Source: Takakia lepidozioides
Taxonomy: Eukaryota; Plantae; Bryophyta
Length of the DNA: 64,000 nt
Direction of reading: 5' to 3'
NCBI GenBank assembly: GCA_030704615.1
Contig: CM060732.1
Location: forward strand, 62,868,001-62,932,000
Of the stretch, positions 52,755 through 64,000 are shown one piece after another (the first letter of the stretch is position 1; each line of letters opens with the position of its first letter). A model generated the notes under the pieces. That model was not told where the DNA came from. It searched no databases and saw nothing but the letters and a program-made list of their open reading frames with translations. The position numbers were made by a program, and so were the translations under genes.

Positions 52755-54360
52755 ATCAAAGAGCTAGAAGACTGGTTGGGCTTTTGGCACTTCAGATACA
52801 GACAGTGGGGTGCCTTCATGACCGCTGTAAGTTTGACTCATACTACCATGATTTTCAATTCTTCTTATATATATGGGGGTGTGCACCAGCGGCCTTGCTA
52901 TCCAGTCCAGTCCAGTTGAATACTGCTCCACATAACAGTGGCATGTGTGTGGCATTTACCTACAGAATATGTCACTGGAAGACATTGCGGATATGCCATC
53001 TTGCAATCTCGCGGAGACTGTTCATAGTATGTGGATGGCGCAATCTGGTAAGAACGGCCGGAACCTTTACGTTGCAACTGCAGATGACCTTATCTGTGCT
53101 CTTTCGCAACAAACAAAGTACCGAGACTTCCTCAGGGGATGGGATGCTGGTAAGGGGCCGGACAGGACAGAGTTGCTGCTCAGGGCTGCTAACAGATGCA
53201 AGCATCCTGCAAAAATGGCGCGGGCTGTTAACGAGTACACGATTGGAACACCTTTGCAGTCCAGGCTCCCACATCTGGAAGGTGAGGAGAGATTCGGATC
53301 ATGCAAGCGCAAACTGGACACCCCTCCAGGATCGGCGGGTGACTCCCATCGGCATGATCGAGATAATTTCTCCATACCTCGTGTGCCTGTGCCACCCAAT
53401 TTCGGATGTACTACTCCATCTGTGGATGCAGGTTGTTCTGCAGATTTCGATGCAACATATGCCACAGCTCCGGCACGGGGAGAAGGACGGACGCTGCTGC
53501 CGGTTGAGGAGACCGATTGTGGTGATGCAATGTGGCACATAGAACGGACTCCGAAAGGATCGAAAGTTGGTTGTTCTACTATCAGGGCACTGTCTTTTGT
53601 GAAGTGCACAAGTAAAATTTGCAGAGGCGCTGGCGGGACTCCAGCACCGACATTCACAGGTTTGTTCAAATATTACTCAGCGCGGGAGTCTAGACCTCAC
53701 AAGTTCTGGTTCTGCCCCGATGACATTCAGCATTGTGTGATGGGGACTTGTCGGGATTCAGTCATCAGCAAGCCTACCATCCCTGTCGTCTGGCCAGTCA
53801 AGGTCGGAACATCTCTCTCCAAACAAGAGATTGACATGCTGGAGGATGCAGGGTTTCGACTTCCAAGAGGCCCAACAGTCCTAACACCAACATCATCTCG
53901 TGGTACGCCATCCGCATTCCCTACACGTCCACCACATGGGAACGACTGGCCAACGAAAATGAATGGAAAACCGGTTCGTCGTATTGAGGCAGGTGCAGAT
54001 AACCAGTGCAAAATTGAGTCTGCGAGAACCCTGCAGTGTCGGGTTGCCCAAATTGTGAATGTCCCCCCTCCAGGCTATGGGTGGGTGTACAATATGGTGA
54101 CTTTGGGATCGGTTCTTCATGATAGGACTTATGAGATTACTATTGGGAATTTTCCTAATTGCACATGCCCGGACTTCGACAACACGATAAACAACTCCAT
54201 TGGAAAGAGATGTAAATTTGTTCCATGCAAACATCTTTACTACATCTACATTCACAGGATGTTTTGTGATCCTCAACGAGACACGTGCATTCACCAATGC
54301 ACAATGGGTCCTAGTGACGTTCAAACACTTCTGCAGAGAGATAGGATAGTTGACATCTGA
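52755..54360 (+). mobile_element. MULE-type transposase, C-terminal half with SWIM zinc finger
   Basis: KELEDWLGFWHFRYRQWG | intron | DMPSCNLAETVH (putative catalytic E)...YEITIGNFPNCTCPDF...CKHLYYIY. Confidence 0.75.
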
Positions 54361-54418
54361 TGTGTTTTCTCGGAGTTCTGTATGTGTCAATGACTCCACT
54401 ATGTTGAATTACTTTGAT

Positions 54419-54811
54419 ATGCTCCACTATCGCGAGTTCACCAATGTTTCTTAATTTGTCCACTATTGGAAATGAGACCAGTCACTCTTCATGGATCCAC
54501 TTTGCTCAAGTAACCCAACCTTTCCCCATTTTTGGGCTTTTATTTATTTTATTTTATTTTTGTCTTTTATCGTATTTGGTGAAATTCCATTGTCCAAACA
54601 GGGCATGGGATTAAGATGCCGTTGACGACATCTTAATTAGTGCTTCCCTGAGCAGGATTACAGTTCCCCCCTATGGGTCTCTCCAGACAATCTTTTTTTA
54701 TATGCTCCACTATCGCAAGTTCACCAACGTTTTTTAATAGATCCACTAATGCAGTCACTCTTCATGGATCCACTTTGTTCAAGTAAACCCAGGCCTTTCT
54801 CCATTTGGGGC

Positions 54812-54849
<38 letters not shown>

Positions 54850-55059
54850 TGTGATTGATCCTGTTTGGTGAAATTCCCATGTTCAAAGAGGGCAGGGGAT
54901 TAGATGCCGTTGACGACATCTTAATTCGTCATTCCCTGAGAAGGGTTACAACTTCCCCTATGATTTTTTCCAGGCCACATTTTTCTTCTTGCAACGATTT
55001 TCATGGGTTCATTTCTCATGTTGAGCTTGCGATTTAAGATGTCGTTGACGACACCTTAA
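54419..55059. repeat. About 285-bp tandem duplication with three 26-bp palindromes
   Basis: Units 54419-54672 and 54702-54960; TTAAGATG(C/T)CGTTGACGACA(T/C)CTTAA at 54611, 54900 and 55034. Confidence 0.85.
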
Positions 55060-55089
55060 TGCCTGGTGCATGCGCTTGCTGATCCCTCA

Positions 55090-56330
55090 GGAGACATGCT
55101 CATACAGTCCTCCATAGTCACCACCATGCTCTGATAGTCTGAAACATGACATTTGCTTCCCTTTCTGTGGTGACATCTTTGTATAGACGACATAGTCGCA
55201 GGTGCTCCTCTTGCAACTCCAATTTTATGGAATTTTTTGTGTGCCATCGAAGGGACTGGGTCCAATGAAAGAGGCAAGTGCGTTCCCGGCCTTGCATTGG
55301 TATTTTCGGGTCACCAGAGCCAAACACAGTCCGCACAACATTTCAATTAGCTTGTGCGCTGTCTGCCATGAACCTTGTGAAATTTGCATTTGGCAAACCA
55401 TGAACTCTCATGACGTTAACTAGAGCCTTCCACATAAGAATTTGGCACTCTGTGTCCTCCGACTGCATGTCACAAACAACAATAGTCATAACTCGCTGGT
55501 ACGTATGATCATACACATGACAGGCCATGGTCGTCCAATCCTTCACTCGCTTCACGTGATCAAACATTACCCAGGACTTATGAAGATCACCCCCGGCCTG
55601 CATTCTACGCACCAGGCTAACTCCAGAACCCTCCGCAACTGAGGACATCTTGAACAAATATACTTTTTGGGACCCTTGTCCTGGGAAAACACTGTCTTGG
55701 ATGAAGTCGTATCGACTTCTGCGCTTCAATTCTAGGATGCTATCTACGTATCATTTGTTGCCTGCCCCAGTCCTAAGGACGACGTTGATTTGATAACGAG
55801 CATTTGGATAAGTCAATGTTGAGAAATGGTCTATCACAAAGTTAAGCGATGCACTATCAAACTTAGTCGTTGTCTCCTCCGACTCCCCTAGCAGATGTTT
55901 CTGTAGGAAGCCTTTGCTTGTTGCCATAGCAATGGCTGATGGTGATGCAGGGGGAGCATTTTGAAATTCTTGCTGAAGCAGCGAACGCACTGTGTCAACA
56001 CTCTCCCTGCAATCTCCTTGCGACACTGGATGTGCATGGGTGCCAAAATGGATACAAGCCCGTGTGAGGTGGTTGATACGGTGCAGTACGTAGTACATTT
56101 GTGCATTGCATTCCGCCATGCACTGTGGCACGACTTTACAAAACTTGCAAACGACGGAACTGCTCTTTGGAGGAGCATACCTTACTTGAAATGGGTTGTC
56201 GCAGACTCCTTCCCACTCCGTCTCATTTTCCACACCGGCCATTTGGAAATGCTGGCAATCCAAATTTGCACAACGTGTCGCGCACCTCCCTTCGGTAAGC
56301 TCCCCTTCACGTCCTAGTTACTCGCTTGGA
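55090..56330 (-). mobile_element. MULE-type transposase, N-terminal half with GCM/WRKY-like zinc domain
   Basis: CKFC...C...RACIHFGTHAHPV; WVMFDHVKRV...FMADSAQAN*NVVRTVFG...CLFHW (CxxH)...IRAWW; stops and frameshifts. Confidence 0.75.
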
Positions 56331-56433
56331 TGCGCGCGCCGACTCCCCAACGGCCGCGGGCCAACTTGGAGCTTCGGTGCCGCACCGGGACATAACGGTC
56401 CCCCTTCGCTTCCCACTAAACCCTCCCCCTATT

Positions 56434-56933
56434 NNNNNNNNNNNNNNNNNNNNNNNNNNNNNNNNNNNNNNNNNNNNNNNNNNNNNNNNNNNNNNNNNNN
56501 NNNNNNNNNNNNNNNNNNNNNNNNNNNNNNNNNNNNNNNNNNNNNNNNNNNNNNNNNNNNNNNNNNNNNNNNNNNNNNNNNNNNNNNNNNNNNNNNNNNN
56601 NNNNNNNNNNNNNNNNNNNNNNNNNNNNNNNNNNNNNNNNNNNNNNNNNNNNNNNNNNNNNNNNNNNNNNNNNNNNNNNNNNNNNNNNNNNNNNNNNNNN
56701 NNNNNNNNNNNNNNNNNNNNNNNNNNNNNNNNNNNNNNNNNNNNNNNNNNNNNNNNNNNNNNNNNNNNNNNNNNNNNNNNNNNNNNNNNNNNNNNNNNNN
56801 NNNNNNNNNNNNNNNNNNNNNNNNNNNNNNNNNNNNNNNNNNNNNNNNNNNNNNNNNNNNNNNNNNNNNNNNNNNNNNNNNNNNNNNNNNNNNNNNNNNN
56901 NNNNNNNNNNNNNNNNNNNNNNNNNNNNNNNNN
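56434..56933. other. Assembly gap (500 N)
   Basis: Run of N. Confidence 1.
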
Positions 56934-59900
56934 GGCTCATGCATGGATCTGCTATCATACCATCCGCATCCCGATTGACCAACCCTGTCGATGCACAACC
57001 TGAAGGTCATACTCTTGGAGTATAAGTGCCCACCGTGCAAGCTTCCCCCGTAAGCTTGTCTGACTCCATCACCACTTGAGTGGCTGGTGATCCGTGACAA
57101 GGTGAAAAGATTGCCGTATAGATAGCCACCTGAAGTGTGCCCCGGACCCACACTGCAGCTAAGCACTCTCCTCATATGAGCTGTACTTACCTCTGCAGCG
57201 TTGTTCGAGCGGCTAGGCGTAAGCCACTACGAACTCTCTTCCCTCATCATCCACATGTGTGAGCACCGCTCCAAGCCCCAGCATGCTCCAATCCAATATG
57301 CAGCTGAAAAGGACGCCCCTGATAGGTCGTCTCAAGATATGCGCCGAGGTCAACCTCGCCTTGAGCTCTGAAAAAGCTCGTCCTGGCTCATCTTCCATTG
57401 CCACTCCTGGTCCACCTTGTCAGCGTGGTTAGAGCCCTTTGCCAATGGTACTAAATCCTTGACAAACGTCTATAAATAGTTTGCCAACCCCATGAAAGCT
57501 CGAACTCGCTCACATCCGTGGGGCGTGATTTTGTGCAATGGCCTCTACCTTAGTTTGCTGTACCCCAATCCTCCAGGATATATCATGTGACCCAGATACT
57601 CAATCTGGTTGTGGAAAAACTTGCACTTCCCCGTGATTGCAACTTCAATCCGTGCGCTCTCAAGCGCTCCAATACCACCTGAAGGTGTCTCTCATGCTCC
57701 TCCATCGTAACACTAAAGATGATGATGTCATCTATGTAGCACCGAGCAAAGTCCACCCCTGCTAGAATCCTATCCATGACTCTCTGAAACTCTGCAGGAG
57801 CATTCTTAAGCCCAAATGGTAAGAACCGCCACTGGTATAGGCAATCCTTGCCGTGCTCATTGATCCCCCAGAATGCCGTCTTCTGCTTGTCCGCCTCCTT
57901 GATTGCAACTGGTGATATCCGGATCGTAAATCCAAAGTGCTAAAGGCCTTAGCATGCCCGATGGCATCAAAGATCTCCTCTGGTGTTGGCATGGCATACT
58001 TACGGACTTGTCTGACGATTTTACAGGCCGGTAATCACCGCACATACGTCTCTCCGTCCAATGCCATAGACATCCTTCTTGGCTGGCATCACTGTGGCTG
58101 AAGCATACTCTCCACCAGAGAGCTCTACCAAACCTGCCTCCCAGAGATCTTGAGTCCTCATCTGATCAAGACCTCTCCATGTCACTGTATCTATAGGGTC
58201 TCCGAAAGATTGGCGTGTCAGTGGCCAACTCAATACGGATCTCTTGACCCTTCAGTGCTCCCAAGTCCTTCAAACTGAAGGCAAAGCAATTCCGTAAGCC
58301 CTCAGGAACCGCCGTATACGTCGTCTCTCTCCTCCGGTGACAATGGTCCAATGTCAGGCTCCCAATGTCCTCCGTAACTACACCTTAAGTCCAGTGGGCT
58401 TAGAGGTAGATGACTCGTCCCGTGGTTGCTATGCTGCACCTCTTGGCATTACTCCTAACCTCTCAGACAAGGCATCATCTGCCCTGCTCTTAGGACAAGT
58501 CATCTCATCCTTGAGGACCTCCTCAACTCGAGAAGAATCCCCAACCTCATCCATCACAGCCGCCTTGGCTGCCAACTCCCTCTGAACCTCGAGCACCTCC
58601 CACGTGTGCCATGGATGCATGCACCCCGTGGTCCTCATATGCTCGCCCCCACTCACTGCCTGTACCGTCTCGGTAGGCAGAGAGACCATTGAGGGAAGTG
58701 TATTCCGCACTCTGCGTTGCTCAGCTAGAGCCAAGCTGATAATCCAGGTCAAGCAATTGAGATCCATTGCTTGCCCCAACACTTGACGACGTGATGCCTC
58801 AGAAAAGACGACACCGCCGTGGTACCAGTGGTAAAACCCATTGCCCTCTCACGCTCGTCAGCATTAGGCTCCACTAACTGCTGCACTGAGCATCCCACAG
58901 GAGGCCAGGTCCACTATCCCGGAAAGCATGCGATCCTGGGAAGCTGAGGCAGTGTAGGTAATGCTGCTCGTGGTTGACCCACCTTGTTGACCACTGGCAA
59001 AGGCGAACGGTCATCGTGTCTCACACGTTGAGACTGCCTCCCTGTGTCCAGAATGTTATCCACTGTGAGATGTGCTGGCCGCTGCACCCCATCAAATGCA
59101 CGCTTGAGCAGTGCGGGTGGCATCATGTTTGTCCACCATAGCCGTGGACGATGAGCCCGTGACCCCACTGTAGCTGCATCTAGCAACACTGCTGACCCAA
59201 GCCACGACCGGACTTGATGCACACTGGCCATCACCCTGGCCCGAATCGCCATCAGTGGCACATTCTCCAAGATGTATGCTGAGATACAGCTTGATGAAGC
59301 TGCAAGTGGCGCAAAACCCGCCCATCTCCCAAAACAGACCCGACCTCGAGTCTCGCAATCCATTGCCATGCCCGGCTGATGAATGCCCTTGGCAGGGCCA
59401 ACCTGCCACTACCAGATCAATGGAGCCAACCCGCTCCAAATCCTGCGCCCCCAGCAACGAAATGTCTGCTGGCAAGGCCTGCTGATATCCACGAATGCAG
59501 ACACCGACAACAACTCAGGGTACCGCTGCACAACAAGAGCAACATGGCGAAGTGAAACGCGTCGTGCATCTCATCCCTCTCCACATACAGGTAACCGAAC
59601 TCGTACACCTGCTTGTAACACAGCAGCCAATCCGGTGCTGATCCCGCCAAACAAGTCCAGAAGACAAATGCCTTCATCCGGATACTGCCACACAATAGGT
59701 GTGGTGTCCAATGGAGACAATTGAGGTGGTCCTGGTGCAATCCCCACACTCTCCTCCTCTCCTGACGGTACAAAAGCCTCCACCCAGGCTTGTTGCACCC
59801 GTCGATCAGCATCCCGCTGCAAATCCTTGCTCGTGCCCCACAATGGAGTCTGAGCAACCATGGTAGGCAACTCCGCCATACCATACATGTCATCTTGCTC

Positions 59901-62572
59901 TCCGGAGGTGGTACATCCTCTGAATGAGCATTGCCCTCAAGCAACTCTCTAGGCCAACTCACTGCCGTTGTGAAGCTGCTAGTGTCGGCATCTTGCCTCG
60001 CTGGGCAACCGCAACTCCTCCTATGAACGTCACAGGGAGCTGCACACGCCGGCCCTCCCCTGACTGCCATGCAGGCCTATAGGAAGCTGATTCCTCCCAA
60101 AAATCCAGGGTGAAGCCCATGGGGTACAACACTGCCCCACCAACCAGGACATCGTATGAGACTGCGTCTGTCACAATGGCCTTGGCTCGCATCACTGAGC
60201 CATCTGTAGGGTGATCCGGCCGTAGTCTGATAGCCAACTCATGCCGTGTCATGCCCCGAGCCTGCTCCGATCCTCCCAAGACGTCTGTATCTGGAAAGGA
60301 CAAGGCTCCATATCCGCCTCCGTGAGGCCCAAGCCTGCAATAGCAGCTCTGCCCAGCATCAATGGCTGAGCTCCCGAGTCCAACAAGACCCGCAGTGGCC
60401 GGTACCTCTTGCCTGCCGGTCCACTCAAACAGAAAATGCCATCCTGGTTGTCTAACATGACAACTCCAGGTGTCACCATGGCGCGCTCAATGGCTGGCCT
60501 AGCTGGCAGCTCCATCAACCTGGCAGCTGCAGCTTGCCATGGCGCCGCCGTGGCAGTCTTGACCCTCAAATCCGAGGATCCCTCCGGCACTACACCTCCT
60601 ACTATCTCCGCAGAAGATGAAGTAACCTCCCACTCTCACAGAGTGTAGCTGCCAGCCTGAACACCTCAGCTGGTCTTACCCCCGGCGTCGCAATCATGGT
60701 AGCCGAGAACAATGGAGCCTGGCACACAGATGTGGCCGCTCCTAGCAGCACACTAGCTGCCGTAGCCTTGGCAACACTAGGTAGTGGTGCTACCCGTGTA
60801 GCTCTCCCCAATGGCATAGTAACCTCCGCCTCGGTAACAGTCGGGCGAGAACTAGGTGCCATGGATGGCGTCGACACTGTCTCCGCCAATGTGAATGACT
60901 GAGGAAGCCTAGCCTGACGGCTTGCCTCCCCACGCTGTGGATCCAACTCCACCTCTGCACCTCGTGGCTCAGGAACTCGTGCTGCTCCTCGAGTCACGGC
61001 TGCAGCAGACTCCACCTGCACTAGTGGTAGTGCTGCTCCACTCATGAATCCCATGCCTCCCATATCTCCTCCCTCAGGAGCAGGAGGTGGACCATCCGGC
61101 CTTAGAGCCGGTACCACCTGAGCTGTAGCCATGGCAGCGAGCCTCTGCTCTAGCTGCTGAAGCCGTTGGCCATGCCTTGGTCACACCCTGACCTCCGCGT
61201 CCTTGGCCACGTTGAGCTTGCCCTTGGCCTGCACCTCGTGGCTGGCCACCTCGTCCTCTCTGGGCTGCTCCACCTCGCCCCCGGCCACCATTGTTCCCTT
61301 GGAACTGGCCTGGGCGCAACTCAGGATGCAAACTATAACACTGGGCCTCTCCATGCCCGTGCTTGCCACAATGCCCACACTGCAACTGTGCAGGCTGTGC
61401 ATGTGCCGACCCTCTGGGCAATCCTTCTTGACATGGGGTCCTCCACATGTCCAGCACACCACATCCGCCCGTTGTTGGCCAGCAAATGAAGGGAGAGACC
61501 CCTGCATTTGAGGTCCTCTCTGTCCTTCCTGAGCTTCACCTGAGCCCCCTTGTTGCCTTGAGCACGTTGAGGTAGTGGTTGGCTAGGAGCACCACTACCC
61601 CGTGGTGTCTCCTTAGCAAATCCCACCATGACCACTTGTTCCTCCACCATGTTGAGCTCTATCTGCTCTGCCAGCAAAAACACATTTGCTAAGGTGGGTT
61701 GGGCCGCTTGTAGGAGAGTTGCATCCCGCACCCTTCTCCTCAGCTCCTTGTCCAATATCCCATACCAGAATTGGACTGCCTGAGCTTCCGTAACCCCTTG
61801 GGTTACATCTATCAAGCGCCTCATGCGAGTGAAAGCCTCCCTCAAGCTCTCGGTCGGCTTCCGTTGGAACTCTTGCAAGCTCCGCAACTTCTCTGTCCTC
61901 ACCCCTTGGTAGTTCCCTCTCAACTCTTCGAAGAACTCCACAACAGGGTTGAAGGCAGGCACGGGTGCTAGTGCTGGTGCGGTAGTGGCTTGGGTGGACG
62001 TCGTAGCTACTGTACCACCAGTCCCACTGCTGCTTGCTGAAGCTGCCGGTGCAGCGGCAGGTGTAGCCACTGCCCTCGTGGCTCTAGTGCCCCTAGTGAT
62101 GGAGACATAGTCGGGTGACCAGTACATCCTCCACTCCTCGATCTCAACCTCATGCCCCCGCCTGAACTCATGGTAATCATCCATAGGCGGCCCCTCAAGG
62201 TGCTGAAACAGCCCTTTCCATGCCATGAACGGCGTAAATAGTTGTGGATTGCGCATTTGCTGCAAATCACACCAACTATCAAACTCTTGGATAAAATCAT
62301 CCAACTCAATGGTGCCCACCGCCCCAGAGTATCTTCGTGGCCCCTTGGTAGCTCCATACATCTCCTCCATTGTGTCCCACAATAATGGCAAAGAAACAAC
62401 TTGCATCGCCGGTATGAGCCCTCCTGATTCACAATCCGAATCAGAACATTCCGTGGAAGACACAGGAGGTGAAGGTGGCCTAAACCGCACACCTCGTCTC
62501 GTGTACCCACTAGTATCGCTAGTGCTCGAACCGGCACTGTCCCCAGCACTAGTGGCACCTCCGTGTTGACAT
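56934..62572 (-). mobile_element. Ty3/Gypsy LTR retrotransposon internal region: gag - protease - C5 DNA methyltransferase - RT - RNase H (integrase and LTRs not in view)
   Basis: Gag with two zinc knuckles (CWTCGGPHVKKDC, CGHCGKHGHGEAQC), protease LLDSGA (60380), RT CGDYRP/LDLRSGYHQ/PFGLKNAP/YIDD (57738), RNase H DWSMLGLGAVL...VAYASR. Many 1-bp frameshifts. Confidence 0.93.
58740..59680 (-). pseudogene. C5-cytosine DNA methyltransferase domain embedded in Gypsy pol (frameshifted as assembled)
   Basis: Motif I LLDLFGGI (59652), motif II YVERD, motif IV AGWPCQGHS (Cys codon 59394-59392), motif V RSGLF, motif VI LENV (59267), motif VIII AHRPRLWW, motifs IX/X ERERAMGF...LGQAM. Confidence 0.92.
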
Positions 62573-62864
62573 TCAACCGGTCATGAACATGTCCCTAACC
62601 CCCTCTCCACAAGGTAACCGGGTAGAGAACCTGTTGCGGCTTATGGTTTGGAATACTAAGTTCCTAACATAGCCTACACCTGAACTTGCATGACCATGGG
62701 AATATCATGAAGATACTCCTCAAACCGCCCTCCACGAGCTTCAAAATTCGGCCTTCCAGACCACATGCCAGTCCTTAGTCCACCAGTGCCTCCACGAGTC
62801 AGCACAGGCCATCCACAGGTCAACACGGGCCACCACAGACCAGCACAGGCCCACACAGCTCACT

Positions 62865-64000
62865 GGTCACAGCCGTCACAGTCCCACAGGCCACTGGGCA
62901 CAGCCTGTCACAGCCCCTCACAGCTCGTCACAGCCTCAAAGGCCTCAGGCACAGCCTGTCACAGCCCCTCACAGCCGTCACAGCCCCAAAGGCCATGGGC
63001 ACGGCCTGTCACAGCCCCTCACAGCCCGTCACAGCCTCAAAGGCCTCAGGCACGGCCTGTCACAGCCCATCACAGCCCCAAAGGCCTCAGGCACGGCCTG
63101 TCACAGCCCCTCACAGCCCGTCACAGCCCCAAAGGCCTCAGGCGCGGCCTGTCACAGCCCCTCACAGCCCGTCACAGCCCCAAAGGCCATGGGCACGGCC
63201 TGTCACAGCCCCTCACAGCCCGTCACAGCCTCAAAGGCCTCAGGCACGGCCTGTCACAGCCCATCACAGCCCCAAAGGCCTCAGGCACGGCCTGTCACAG
63301 CCCATCACAGCCCCAAAGGCCTCAGGCACGGCCTGTCACAGCCCCTCACAGCCCGTCACAGCCCCAAAGGCCTCAGGCGCGGCCTGTCACAGCCCCTCAC
63401 AGCCCGTCACAGCCCCAAAGGCCATGGGCACGGCCTGTCACAGCCCCTCACAGCCCGTCACAGCCTCAAAGGCCTCAGGCACGGCCTGTCACAGCCCCTC
63501 ACAGCCCGTCACAGCCCCAAAGGCCTCAGGCACGGCCTGTCACAGCCCCTCACAGCCCATCACAGCCCCAAAGGCCTCAGGCACGGCCTGTCACAGCCCC
63601 TCACAGCCCGTCACAGCCTCAAAGGCCTCAGGCACGGCCTGTCACAGCCCCTCACAGCCCGCCACAGCCTCAAAGGCCTCAGGCACGGCCTGTCACAGCC
63701 CCAAAGGCCTCAGGCACGGCCTGTCACAGCCCCTCACAGCCCATCACAGCCCCAAAGGCCATGGGCACAGCCTGTCACAGCCCGTCACAGCCCCACAGGC
63801 CTCAGGGCACAGCCTGTCACAGCCCCGCACAGCCCGTCACAGCCCCAAAGGCCATTGGGCACAGCCTGTCACAGCCTGACACAGCCCGTCACAGCCCCAC
63901 AGGGCACAGGGCACAGCCTGTCACAGCCCATCACAGCCTCAAAGGCCTCAGGCACGGCCTGTCACAGCCCCTCACAGCCCATCACAGCCCCAAAGGCCAT
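62865..64000. repeat. Tandem array of 51/41-bp units built from 10-bp (nncacagccc) subunits
   Basis: Consensus ggcacggcctgtcacagcccctcacagcccgtcacagccccaaaggcctca; continues past the window end. Confidence 0.97.

Noticed and set aside
56196-57175. Long ORFs crossing the gap
   Set aside because: Artefacts of the N run.
58740-59680. Methyltransferase as a bacterial contaminant or host DRM/DNMT3 gene
   Set aside because: It is intronless, collinear with protease and RT on both sides, and lacks host accessory domains.
62995-63879. 294-aa ORF
   Set aside because: A by-product of the stop-free tandem repeat.
62865-64000. CRISPR-like array
   Set aside because: No unique spacers, no cas genes, and a eukaryotic context.

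Overview
Eukaryotic nuclear DNA from a seed-free land plant, most likely a bryophyte (inferred from moss-type PLS-PPR repeats, short GT-AG introns and the TE families present). Host genes: a PPR RNA-editing cluster (one intact PLS-DYW gene, one DYW pseudogene, one truncated PLS-E gene, one relic), a SIA2-like GT29 glycosyltransferase, a coiled-coil/PHD-finger gene, an mL87-like mitoribosomal protein and an Em (LEA_5) gene with an ABRE/RY promoter. The strongest signal is a Ty3/Gypsy retrotransposon (56.9-64 kb, minus strand) carrying a full C5-cytosine DNA methyltransferase domain between protease and reverse transcriptase, with a higher-order tandem array upstream of gag. Other notable items are a divergent, intron-containing beta-class (N4C/N6A-type) methyltransferase-like gene broken by a short retroposon (0-0.9 kb) and a scrambled 49-56 kb block. 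That block holds a Myb/SANT gene interrupted by a CACTA element, a DUF3504/Crypton-like tyrosine recombinase relic and a MULE-SWIM transposase split into two convergent halves. All family assignments come from reading motifs by eye; no database searches were run.
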